Of a DNA stretch of 64,000 nt, positions 9,908 through 19,339 are shown in pieces. Each line of letters starts with the position of its first letter. Position 1 is the stretch's first letter. Both the position numbers and the translations under genes were made by a program. Location: assembly GCA_963834325.1 (NCBI GenBank), contig CAWIBL010000012.1, forward strand, positions 2,501,612-2,565,611. The letters are read 5' to 3'. The notes beneath the pieces are model-generated. The model was not told the DNA's origin and searched no databases. It saw nothing but the letters and a program-made list of their open reading frames with translations. Source of the DNA: an uncultured Acidobacteriota bacterium (GTDB taxonomy: Bacteria > Acidobacteriota > Vicinamibacteria > Vicinamibacterales > UBA2999).

Positions 9908-10837
9908 CTAGTCTATACGAGGAATTCGACTACCGGCAAGCACGCGCTGGCGCTGCTCGGCCACGACCGACTCGGGCAGCGTGGCCGTGAGGATGGCCGC
10001 CTCGCCCCTGCCGGCCAGGGCCGCCTGGGCCGCGGCGGCGACGTCGGGGTGGCCGAACAGGCCGAAAACCGCCGACCCGCTGCCGGTCATGGCGGCGTGG
10101 ACGGCGCCGAGCGCGGTCAGCTCGCGCAGGGTGCGGCGGATCTGGGGGAAGCGGCTGGCCACCGGCCCCTCGAGGTCGTTGCGCAGGTCGTGGGCCCAGG
10201 CCGGCCACCCGGGCACGGTCCGGCGGACCGCGCGGACCGGCCGCGTTGGCAGGTCCTCATCGTACCAAGCGTAGGCGTCGGGCGTCGGAACGCCGAACGG
10301 CGGCTTCACGACCACCACCGCCGTCGGCGGCGGCTCGATCGAGCGGGGATACGTCGTCCCCCTTCCCCGAGCCGAGCGCCGTGCCCCCGCCCAGGAAGAA
10401 CGGCACGTCGGCGCCGAGGCGGGCGCCGAGGCGCGCCAGGCTCGGCAGGTCGAGCGACATGCCCCACAAACGCGACAAGGCCAGCAGCGCCGCGGCAGCG
10501 TCGCTGCTGCCGCCGCCCATGTCCGGCTTCCGCCGGCACCCGCTTGGCGAGGGTGACGCGCACGCCCTCGAGCGGAGCGCCGCCGGCCGGAGCGCAAAGA
10601 CCACAGCAACTGCGCGGCCCGCCACACGAGGTTGCGCGAGTCGGTCGGGACGCCGGGCTGGTCGCAGGCGATGGCAAACGGCCCCTGGACCGGCGTGAAG
10701 GTCAGCGTGTCGTGCAGCTCGAGCGACTGCAGCACGGTTCGGACCTCGTGATAGCCGTCGGGCCTCAACCCGAGGATCTTGAGGTCGAGGTTGATCTTGG
10801 CGTAAGCGCGGACGGCAAGCGACGCGGAAGCAGACAT
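9908..10837 (-). pseudogene. ispE: 4-diphosphocytidyl-2-C-methyl-D-erythritol kinase; three frame breaks as sequenced
   Basis: The N-terminus ...[13 protein letters not shown]...[11 protein letters not shown] is in ORF 9908..10837. [12 protein letters not shown] is in ORF 10306..10677. [20 protein letters not shown]...[17 protein letters not shown] is in ORF 10257..11150. The sequence then returns to the first frame (...[15 protein letters not shown]...MTGSGSAVFGLF). The jumps are near 10598, 10521 and 10342, each of the one-extra-base type. Confidence 0.9.
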
Positions 10838-10849
10838 GCAGGGAGGGCG

Positions 10850-11624
10850 CTAGGGCCCGGGCGGCGCAAACGGGCTGGCGGCGCGCAGGTCGTCGAGCGT
10901 GATCGCCGCGGCCCCCGGCGGCACCGCCACGGTGAACGCGGCTGCGTCGAGATCGACGTTGATCTCCACGCTGGCCAGCGTGGCGACGAGGTCGAGCGCG
11001 CCCGCCGGCAAGGCGCGGCGCACGCGCACGGACCGCGGGATGCCGCCTTGGTGGGCGGCGTAGTCGACCTGCCAGCCACGGTAGTCGGCGGCCACCAACA
11101 CGCCGTTCTTGAGGAAGGCGCGGGTGTCGCCGTCCTCGACCACTTGCCACGCACTGCCGTAGCGCATGCCGCGTCCGCCTTCACCGACGACGCAGCCGAA
11201 GAGCAGCCGGCGCAGATCGCTGGCGTCGAGCGCCAGGCCGGTGAGGGCGTCGAGCACCGCGGCGACCGGCGCCTCGCGCAGCACTTGTTCCTCGCGCGGG
11301 AAGAACAAGGTGGTGTTGGCGCCGTCCGAGGCCAGCACCAGCGCCGGCGGGCCAAACGGCGCCAGGGCCTCGAGCCGCAGGGACGCCGGGGCGGCGAAGC
11401 CCGAGACCAGCCGGGCCCGCACCCGCTCGCGGCCGGCCCGGCCCGACAAGCGAATCTCGGCGGTGGCCGTGCGCAAGGGACGGCAATGCGCCGTGATCGC
11501 CGATCAGCGTCTGCACCGCGTCGGGCGCCGCAGCGGCCGCGCCCACGGGGCGCTCCGGCGCCCGCGCCGCGCACGCCGTGGCGGCCATCAGGGCCGCGAC
11601 GGCGGCTAGCCGGGCCGCGATCAT
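10850..11624 (-). pseudogene. LolB/DUF4292-like outer-membrane lipoprotein (tentative); frame broken once
   Basis: ATG 11624 overlaps the TPR gene stop (ATGA). The signal peptide plus lipobox-like MIAARLAAVAALMAATAC lies in ORF 11181..11624 up to ...VQTLIGDHGA. It continues as ...RPLRTATAEIRLSGRAGRERVRARL... in ORF 10850..11476. The jump is at about 11475-11492. The family assignment rests mainly on its position upstream of ispE-prs. Confidence 0.5.
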
Positions 11625-13618
11625 GGCGTGCGGCGGCCGCCGAGCTCCCGCAGCCGGCGCTCCAGCACGGCCCGGTCGACGTCGACGCCGTCGCCGGCCA
11701 GCGCCAGTTCGAGCCGTTCGACCGCTTCGGCGCGCTTGCCCACGGCCGTGAGGACGTCGGCAAAGTGCGACTGGATGACCGAGCTGCCGCGCAGCGCGTC
11801 TGCCGCCGTGCGCAGCGGCGCCTCGGCGTCGGCGGCGCGGCCCAGCTTCAACAGGGCCCAGCCGCGGCTGTCGAGGAACGCGGGGTTGCCGGGCTCGGCC
11901 GCCAGCGCGCGGTCGATGAAGCCGAGCGCTTCGGTCAGGCGCAGGCCGTGATTGGCGAGCATGTAGCCCAGATAGTTGAGGGCGTTGGCGTGCAGGGGAT
12001 CCCGCGCCACGATGGCTCGGAACGTCTTCTCGGCCTCGGCGATGCGGCCGGCGCTTTCGTAGGCGGCGCCCAGCCGGAAGGCGAGCGCGTCGTTGTCGGG
12101 CGCGGCGTTGGCCACCGCGCCGACCACGGCGATGGCCGCGTCGTGCCGCTTGGCCTCCTGATAGATGTCGGCCAGGGCGAAGGCCGCCTCGGGGCTCGAC
12201 TTGCGCGACGCCAGGGTGGTCTCGGCGGCGGCAATCGCGGCGGCGCCGCGTTCGGCGCGCACGCCGGCGATGGCCTCGATGCGGATGAGCCCGATGTCGT
12301 TGGCGGCACGCTGGCGCGCCGCCTTGGCGACGCGGATCGCCTGGTCATACTGCCGGGCCTGCACGTGCGCCTGGGCCAGGGCGGCGGCCACCCCGGCCGA
12401 TTCGGGCAGCAGCGTCTGCGCGCGCTCGAAGGCCCGCACGGCGCCGGCGGTGTCGCCGAGCTGCTGGCGCGCGCCGCCGAGTTCGGCCAGCAGCCGCACG
12501 GTGTCGCCCGGCGCGGCGTCGCGGCGCCCGGGCCCGTCGCCGTCGAGCGGCGCGAGCAGCTTCTGCACCGCGGCAAAGTCGTAGCGCTCACGGTGGAGGG
12601 TGGCCAGCACGGTCATCGCCGGCAGGTGCCCGGGCTCGACGGCCAGCGCGGTTTCGGCGGCGGTGATCGCCTTGAGGGTATCGCCGCGCTGCTGGTGCGC
12701 CTGGGCGAGCAGGTAGAGCGCGGCCACGTCGCGGGGCGAGCCAGCGAGGACCTCGGTGAGCGCCGCCACCGCCCGTTCGGCACCCGCGCCGTCGGGCACG
12801 TTCAGGAGCGCGGCGGCGCGGCGCAGGCGCAACTCCCGCCCGGGCGCGCGAACGGCCTTGGCGCCCTTCTCGAACGCCGCGGCCGCCTCCTCGAAACGCC
12901 GTTGCCGCTCGTAGAGGTCGCCGAGGGCCAGGAAATAGCGGGGATTGGCCGCGGCCGCCTGTTCGAGCGCGGCGGCGGCCCGGTCGTACTGTCCGAGCGC
13001 CCGGTGGGCGTCGGCCAGCATCACGATCGGCTCGCCGCTGGGCCCGATCTGGCCGACCACGCGTTCGAGGATCGGCAACGCCTTCTCGTGATCGCCAGCG
13101 GCCATCAGTTGCCGCGCCAGCGTGATCTGCAGGCCGAGGTCGGTGGCCATCGCCGGGGTGGTCTGCACCCTGGTCAGGTGCAGGATGGCAGCGGCGCGCC
13201 AGCTCTCGGTGGTGCCGCCGGTCGGGCCGGCGACGACGCCGTCGGCCCATGCGGCATGCACCAGTCCGAGGATGCGATGCCCTTCTTCCGAATCGGGATC
13301 GAGCGCCACGGCGCGTTCGGCCGCCGCCACCGCTTCGGCCGGCTCGTTCTGGCGGGCGTGGAAGGCGGCCAGCTCCGCGTGCAGCTCCGCGGCCTGGGGG
13401 TCGAGCGCCACGGCCCGCTCGAGCGCGCTCCGGGCCGCGGCCGCGTCGTCGCTGGCCTCGGCCCGGCGGGCCAGCAGGAACTCATACATCGCCGCGGCGC
13501 TGGCCGGCCGGCGGGCGGCTCTGGCCGACGCCGGTGCGGGCGCCGGCGCGACCTGCGCCGCAACGGGGCGTTCACCAACGGCCAGGAGCAGCGCGAGCAG
13601 GGCGAGGGCCAACGGCAT
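11621..13618 (-). CDS. Tetratricopeptide-repeat protein with signal peptide
   Basis: Intact 665-aa ORF with signal peptide MPLALALLALLLAVGERPVAAQ, followed by many Ala/Leu-rich TPR-like repeats (...ALDP..AEAH..LG...). Confidence 0.8.
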   Translation of the reverse strand: MPLALALLALLLAVGERPVAAQVAPAPAPASARAARRPASAAAMYEFLLARRAEASDDAAAARSALERAVALDPQAAELHAELAAFHARQNEPAEAVAAAERAVALDPDSEEGHRILGLVHAAWADGVVAGPTGGTTESWRAAAILHLTRVQTTPAMATDLGLQITLARQLMAAGDHEKALPILERVVGQIGPSGEPIVMLADAHRALGQYDRAAAALEQAAAANPRYFLALGDLYERQRRFEEAAAAFEKGAKAVRAPGRELRLRRAAALLNVPDGAGAERAVAALTEVLAGSPRDVAALYLLAQAHQQRGDTLKAITAAETALAVEPGHLPAMTVLATLHRERYDFAAVQKLLAPLDGDGPGRRDAAPGDTVRLLAELGGARQQLGDTAGAVRAFERAQTLLPESAGVAAALAQAHVQARQYDQAIRVAKAARQRAANDIGLIRIEAIAGVRAERGAAAIAAAETTLASRKSSPEAAFALADIYQEAKRHDAAIAVVGAVANAAPDNDALAFRLGAAYESAGRIAEAEKTFRAIVARDPLHANALNYLGYMLANHGLRLTEALGFIDRALAAEPGNPAFLDSRGWALLKLGRAADAEAPLRTAADALRGSSVIQSHFADVLTAVGKRAEAVERLELALAGDGVDVDRAVLERRLRELGGRRTP

Positions 13619-13674
13619 GCCTGCATCTTTTCATATTTCCGCGGCCGGGGAACGGCGGACGCGGGCCTGCGCGC

Positions 13675-13680
13675 TATACT
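13675..13680 (+). promoter_or_regulatory. Candidate -10 box TATACT
   Basis: An AT-rich hexamer in otherwise GC-rich divergent intergenic DNA, 19 nt upstream of ATG 13700, with GGAG between them. Confidence 0.3.
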
Positions 13681-13699
13681 CGTCGGGCGGAGTTCATCG

Positions 13700-13870
13700 A
13701 TGCCTATTGACGCGGAATTGCTCGACATTCTGGCCTGCCCGGCCTGTAAGACCCCGGTCGTGCTGGTGCACGACGGGGCCGCCTTGAAGTGCGCGGCCTG
13801 CCACCGGGTCTATCCGATCAAGGACGACATCCCGGTCATGCTCATCGACGAGGCGACGGTCGAGCCCTGA
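13700..13870 (+). CDS. Trm112/YcaR (UPF0434) family small zinc-ribbon-like protein
   Basis: 56 aa: MPIDAELLDILACPACKTPVVLVHDGAALKCAACHRVYPIKDDIPVMLIDEATVEP. This is the only real part of the 1702-aa track ORF 8762..13870. Confidence 0.85.
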   Translation: MPIDAELLDILACPACKTPVVLVHDGAALKCAACHRVYPIKDDIPVMLIDEATVEP

Positions 13871-14935
13871 AGATCCTGCTCGTCCGGCTGCGCCTGGTCG
13901 GCGACGTCGTGTTCACGACGCCCGCGATCCGGGCGCTCAGGCGTCACTTCCCCGAGGCGCGGATCGACTATCTCGTGGAAGCCGGGGCGGCGCCGGTCGT
14001 GCGCCACAGTCCCCATCTCGACACGGTCATCGAAATCGCCCGGCCGCGCGGCCTGGCGCGCATCGTCTACGACATCGCCCTGGCCCGCCGCCTCAGACGG
14101 GAAGGCTACGACGTGGCCCTCGATTTCCACGGCGGCCCGCGCAGCGCGTGGCTGGTGCGGGCCACCGGGGCGCCCCGCCGCATCGGCTACGACATCCCTG
14201 GCCGGCGCCCCTGCTACACGACGCGCGTGCCCTGGCATCCCGCGCTCGTGCCGCCGCGCCATTCGGTGCTGAATCAGTGGGACCTGCTGACGCCGCTCGG
14301 CATCGGCCCGCCGGATCCGGCCGTGGACGCCGTCGAGATGACGCCGGGACCCGAGGCCCGCGAGAGCGCCGCCGCCCGCCTGGCCGCCGCCGGTGTCCCC
14401 GACGGGGCGCCGCTCGTCGTGCTGCACGTGAGCGCCAGCAACCCGTTCCGGCGCTGGCCGCGTGAGTCGTTCGCCCGCGTCGCCGCGACGCTGGCCCGGC
14501 AGGATCGACGGCGCCGCATTATGATCACCGCCGGACCGTCGGAGGCCGACGCCGCCGTCGCCGTGGCCGACGCGGCCGCGCGCCAGGCCGGCGATGCCGC
14601 CGGCGGCCATCGTCCGCTGCGGGGAGCCGTCGCTCGAGGAACTGCAGGTCATCATGTCGCGCGCCCAACTCTTCATCGGAGGCGACTCCGGACCGCTGCA
14701 CGTGGCCGCCACGACGGCCGTGCCGATCGTCGCGCTCTTCGGCCCGACCCTGCCCCAGCGGTCGATGCCGTGGCGGGCGCGTCCGGACACCGCGGCCGCG
14801 GTGCAACCGGGTCCCCTTGCCTGCCGCCCGTGCCATCAACGCGTGTGCGTGCACGGCGACTTCCGCTGCCTGACCACGCTGACCCCGGACGACGTGCTGG
14901 CTGCGGCCGACCGCGTGCTGGAGGCGGGGTCGTGA
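13867..14935 (+). pseudogene. GT9 family glycosyltransferase (ADP-heptose:LPS heptosyltransferase-like); one frame break; start codon unclear
   Basis: The conserved N-terminus KILLVRLRLVGDVVFTTPAIRAL begins at 13870. The codon before it is CTG, overlapping the upstream TGA, and the nearest canonical in-frame start is GTG 13789. The body up to ...AARQAG continues as AAIVRCGEPSLEELQVIMSRAQLFIGGDSGPLHVAATTAVPIVALFGPT in ORF 14594..14935. The jump is at about 14588-14605. Confidence 0.8.
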
Positions 14936-16108
14936 CGGCCATCGCCCTCTCGGAGACGCAAGCGACCACGCTGCAGCGCCTCGACCGCGTGGGCTGGTGG
15001 GCGCTCGCCGCCGCCGTGGCGGCGTTGCAGCTCTCGATTGCCGTCGCGCAGATCGCCGTGACCGCCGCCGCGCTGGCGTGGGTGGCGCGGGCCTGGCTGA
15101 CCGGCGCGCCGGAGATGCCGCGCTTCGCGTGGCCGCTGGCCGCCTATGCCGCGCTCACGCTGCTGTCGGCGGCGCTGTCGCGCGACCCCGCCGTCAGCGT
15201 GCCCGACACCAAGCAGCTCGTGCTCTTCCTGCTCGTGCCCGTGGTCTACGAGTTCGGCCGGGGCCCGCGCGCGCGAACGCTGGCCACCATCGCGCTGTCG
15301 GTCGGGGCGGCCAGCGCCCTGGTCGGCATCGTCCAGTACGGCGTGCTCAACTACGACAACCTCGGCCGGCGGCCGCAAGGCACGCTGTCCCACTGGATGA
15401 CCTACTCGGGCACCCTGATGCTGGTCATCTGCGCCACCGTGGCCCGGCTGCTCTTCGACGCGCGCGACCGCATGTGGGCGGCGCTGGTCATGCCGGCGCT
15501 GGTCGCCGGACTGGGCCTGACCTTCACCCGCAGCGCCTGGGTCGGCGTGTCGGCGGGGGTGGGCACCTTGTTCCTGCTGAAGGATCGGCGCCTCGTCGGT
15601 CTCCTGCCGATTGTCGTGGCGGTGCTCGTCGCGGCCGCACCGGCGGCGGTCACCAACCGCGTCTACTCGATGTTCGACCGGAACGACCCGACCAACCGGG
15701 ACCGCCTGGCCATGCTCGAAGCGGGCCAGGCCATCGTCCGCGATCACCCGCTCACCGGCGTCGGCCCCGACATGATCTCGCGCGTCTACCCGCGCTACCG
15801 GGTGCCGTGGGCGGTCCAGCCGAACAACCCGCACCTGCACAACGTGCCGGTGCAGATCGCCGCCGAGCGCGGCCTGCCGGCGTTGGCGGTGTGGCTGTGG
15901 TTCCTGGCCTCGGTGGCCCGCGGCACGTGGCGGCGATTGCGCGCGCACCCGACATCCGTCACTGGCCGCCGGGGGACTGGCCGCGGTCGCGGCCATGCTC
16001 GCCGCCGGCCTCTTCGAGTACAACTTCGGCGATTCCGAGTTCCTCATGCTGTTCCTCGTGCTGGTGACCCTGCCCTTTGCGGCCGACCGCGACGGGGGCC
16101 TGCCGTGA
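14932..16108 (+). pseudogene. O-antigen ligase/polymerase (Wzy_C) family membrane protein; one frame break
   Basis: GTG 14932 overlaps the GT9 stop (GTGA). It is a multi-TM protein with ...LTFTRSAWVGV...NNPHLHNVPVQIAAERGLPAL.... The C-terminus LAAGGLAAVAAMLAAGLFEYNFGDSEFLMLFLVLVTLPFAADRDGGLP* is in the next frame. The jump is at about 15940-15961. Confidence 0.75.
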
Positions 16109-17105
16109 TCGACATCCCGCTGCTCCCGCCGCTGCCGCGCGCGCGCGCCCTCGACCTGCTCGACGGCATCGGCGGCGACGCACCTGGTCGTCATCGGCGA
16201 CGTGATGCTCGACCACTTCATGATCGGCCGCGTCACTCGCATCTCGCCGGAAGCGCCGGTACCGGTCCTCGAGCTCGAGCGCGAGTTCAGCCTGCCGGGG
16301 GGCGCCGCCAACGTGGCGCACAACGCGCGGGCGCTCGGCGCCGCGGTGACCCTGGTCGGCGTGGTCGGCGACGATCCGGCCGCGGCCGACCTGCGCGGCC
16401 TGATCGAGGCGCGGGCCCTCTCGGCCACCGGCCTCATCGTCGATCCGTCGCGGCCCACCACCCGCAAGACCCGCCTGGCCACGACCCGGAACCAGCAGGT
16501 CGCGCGGATCGACATGGAGCGGGCCGACGACGTGAGCGGGGCGGTCGAAGAGGCGCTCGTGGCGCGCCTCGACGACGCGGCCGCCACCGCCCACGCCATC
16601 GTCGTGTCCGACTACTTGAAAGGCGTGGTGACGCGCCGCGTCATGGCGCATGTCGTGGCGGCCGGGCAGCGCCGCGGCATCCCGGTGCTGGTCGATCCGA
16701 AAGTGCCGCACATGGCCCTCTATGCCGGCGCCACGCTGCTCACCCCCAATCACCACGAGGCCGAGAGCGCCAGCCTGGTGCGCATCCGCACCACCGCCGA
16801 CGCCCGGCGTGCGGCGTTGGCGCTGTGCGAATCGCTGCGCGTCGACGGGGTGCTCGTCACCTGGGGCGAACACGGCCTGTGGCTGTCGCACCAGGAGCAC
16901 GAAGGCCACCTGCCGGCGACGGCGCGCGAGGTCGCCGGACGTGACCGGCGCGGGCGACACGGTGATGGCCACGCTGGCCGCCGCCATGGCCGCTGGCGCC
17001 ACCTCGGCCGAAGCGGCGCGGCTGGCCAACGAGGCTGCGGGGGTGGTGGTGACGCGGTTCGGCACCGCGGTGGTCACCAGCGACGAACTGCGCGCGCGGT
17101 TCTGA
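16105..17105 (+). pseudogene. hldA: D-glycero-beta-D-manno-heptose-7-phosphate kinase (RfaE domain I, PfkB family); two frame breaks
   Basis: GTG 16105 overlaps the preceding stop (GTGA). The pieces are VIDIPLL...LDGIGGD, then HLVVIGDVMLDHFMIGRVTRISPEAPVPVLE... (ORF 16202..), then [20 protein letters not shown]...[11 protein letters not shown] (ORF 16650..17105). The jumps are at about 16180 and about 16937. No adenylyltransferase domain is present. Confidence 0.85.
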
Positions 17106-17191
17106 CCCGCGCGCCGGACAGGCGCCGGACCCGGCGAAGTCAAGACGAGGGCGGGCGCGCTGCCCGGAACCCCGTGTCCGGCGGCCGGCCG

Positions 17192-18800
17192 CTAGTGCCG
17201 GAAGTGCCGCCGCCCGGTAAGCACCATCGCCATGCCGTGCTCGTCGGCCGCGGCGATGACCTCGGCGTCGCGCACCGACCCGCCCGGGTGCACCACCGCG
17301 GTGGCGCCGGCGGCCGCCACGGCGTCGAGCCCGTCGCGGAACGGAAAGAACGCATCCGACGCGGCCACCGTGCCGGCCAGCGGGCGGAGCGCCGTCTCGA
17401 CCTGCCAGCCGCTCGCCTTCATCGTCGCCACCTTGACGGCGTCGACGCGGCTCATCTGCCCGGCGCCGATGGCGCGCGTGCGATCGCCGTCGGTGAAGAG
17501 CACGGTGTTCGACTTCACGTGGGCGCAGACGCGCCAGGCAAAGCGCAGCGCCTCCCACTCGGCCGCGGTCGGCGGGCGCCGACTCACCACCCGCACCGCG
17601 TCGGACGGCCACGGCTGGCGCGCCTCGTCGACGGCGTCGCGCTGCTGGACGAGCAGCCCGCCCAGCACCGAGCGCAACTCGCGGCCGAGGGCCGGCGCCA
17701 CGCGGCCGCCGAACATCTGCGTGGCCGCCACCACCACGCGCAGGTTGGCCTTGGTCGCCAGGATGGCGCGGGCGTCGTCGTCGACGCCGGGCGCCACCAC
17801 CGCTTCGATGAAGGTGGCGACCAGCGCCGTGGCGGTGGCGGCGTCGATGGCCCGGTTCAGGCCGACGATGCCGCCGAAGGCCGACAGCGGATCGGCCTCG
17901 CGGGCGCGGACGTACGCTTCAGCGGCGTCGGCGCCGGTGGCCACCCCGCACGGGTTGGTGTGCTTGATGACGACCGCCGCCGGCTCGTCGAACTCCAGCG
18001 CGATGCGGGCCGCCGCGTCGAGGTCGAGCAGGTTGGTGTAGGACAACTCCTTGCCCTGGATCACCGAGGGGCGGCCGAGGCCGTCGCCCGCGCCGAGCGC
18101 ATACCAGCTCGCCGGCTGGTGCGGGTTCTCGCCGTAGCGCAGGTCGCGGACCTTGGCCGCCTCGACGACCAGACGCGCGGGCGCCAGTTCGGCCGGACCA
18201 CGCGCCGGCGTGCCGTCCTCGAAGCGGATGGTGGCGAGCACCTCGGCAATCGTGGTGTCGTAGGCGGCCGTGTGCGCCACGGCGCGGCGCGCCAGGTCGA
18301 ACCGCTCCGCCGGACCGGGCCCGCCCTCGGCCAGCGCGGTCAGGACCGGGCCGTAGTCGGCTGGATCGACGACGACGACGACGTCGCGGAAGTTCTTGGC
18401 GGCGGCGCGCACCATGCTCGGTCCGCCGATGTCGATGTTCTCGATCAGCTCGTCGAAGGTCGCGTCGGGATTCGCGGCGGTCCGGGCGAACGGGTAGAGG
18501 TTCACGACGACCACGTCGATGAGGCCGATGCCGGCGCCGGCAGCGGCCGCCAGGTCGTGCGGGTCGTGCCGCCGGGCCAGGATGCCGCCGTGGATGGCCG
18601 GATGCAGCGTCTTCACCCGTCCGTCCATCATCTCGGGAAAGCCCGTCACCGTCGGCGACGTTGGTCACGGGCAGGCCGGCCGCAGTCAGAGCCGCGGCCG
18701 TGCCGCCGGTCGAGACGAGCTCGAAGCCGCGGGCCGCCAGCCCGCGCGCGAAATCGATGAGACCGGTCTTGTCGGAAACACTGAGAAGAGCTCGTGGCAT
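17192..18800 (-). pseudogene. purH: Bifunctional AICAR transformylase/IMP cyclohydrolase; one frame break
   Basis: [35 protein letters not shown]...LPVTNVAD (ORF 17919..18800) continues as [27 protein letters not shown]... (ORF 17192..18649). The jump is at GACGGTGAC, about 18648-18653. Confidence 0.95.
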
Positions 18801-18880
18801 GCGCCTACATCCTTGGAACGCCGTGAAGGCAAATCAAAAGCGAAACGGTGAAACTTCGGAAAGAAACGCAGATACGGCCA

Positions 18881-18910
18881 TTGACACTTGGAGACACGCG
18901 TTTGTATCAT
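18881..18910 (+). promoter_or_regulatory. Sigma70-type promoter candidate upstream of cspA (TTGACA-N18-TATCAT)
   Basis: TTGACA is at 18881-18886 and TATCAT at 18905-18910, with TG immediately upstream. This is the only near-consensus -35/-10 pair I saw in the window. Confidence 0.6.
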
Positions 18911-18941
18911 CCCCGTGCGGTACCCCAGGGGGGGCACGCAG

Positions 18942-18968
18942 AAGGCTGCGATCGCGCAGCCTTTTTTT
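18942..18968 (+). terminator. Intrinsic-terminator-like hairpin inside the cspA leader (possible attenuator or end of a short RNA)
   Basis: AAGGCUGCG-AUCG-CGCAGCCUU forms a 9-bp stem with a 4-nt loop and runs into a 7-T tract (18962-18968). It lies about 30-50 nt after the predicted start site and 78 nt before the cspA ATG. Confidence 0.55.
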
Positions 18969-19045
18969 GTGGCTCTGGCGCCCGGACACGGGACTGGAGT
19001 CGGTCGAAAGGTGGCGCGAGCCACAGCAAGCTAGGAACAAGAACG

Positions 19046-19249
19046 ATGCGTATCACAGGCAAGGTCAAGTGGTTCAACAACGCCAAGGGCTACGGCTTCA
19101 TCGAGCGCGAAGGCGGCAGCGACGTGTTCGTCCACTACTCGGCGATTCAGGGCTCCGGCTTCCGCTCTCTCGAAGAGGGTCAGGGCGTCGAGTTCGAGAT
19201 CGTCGACGGTCCGAAGGGACCCCAGGCCGGCAACGTCCAGCTCGTCTGA
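19046..19249 (+). CDS. cspA: Cold-shock protein (CspA family)
   Basis: 67 aa: [67 protein letters not shown], with RNP1 KGYGFI and RNP2 VFVHY. The track ORF start at 18848 is upstream leader sequence. Confidence 0.95.
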   Translation: MRITGKVKWFNNAKGYGFIEREGGSDVFVHYSAIQGSGFRSLEEGQGVEFEIVDGPKGPQAGNVQLV

Positions 19250-19269
19250 GCCTCACCCACTGATCAAAT

Positions 19270-19297
19270 CCGGCGCCGGTCGCGAGACTGGCGCCGG
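19270..19297. terminator. GC hairpin between the convergent cspA and 19340..19954 genes
   Basis: ccggcgccgg (19270-79) pairs with ctggcgccgg (19288-97) for 10 bp including one G-U, with an 8-nt loop. The minus-strand side is followed by AUUUGAU. There is no U tract on the plus side. Confidence 0.4.
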
Positions 19298-19339
19298 CCC
19301 GTGCCCGCCGGTCAGGCTCTTCCTTCCCGCACTGCCCCC

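Noticed and set aside
8762-13870. 1702-aa plus-strand ORF, the longest ORF in the window
   Set aside because: It runs antisense to prs, tRNA-Gln, ispE, the lipoprotein gene and the TPR gene, and its sequence is low-complexity Arg/Gly-rich. Only its last 56 codons (13700..13870, the YcaR/Trm112-like protein) are a real gene. Stop-free antisense frames like this are expected in very GC-rich DNA.
13789-18760. Plus-strand ORFs of 1051 aa (13789..16944) and 852 aa (16202..18760) that look like giant multidomain proteins
   Set aside because: Each is in frame with a real gene for only part of its length (GT9 and the O-antigen ligase for the first; the heptose kinase for the second). Each then continues as nonsense through the neighbouring genes or antisense to purH, because no stop happens to occur.
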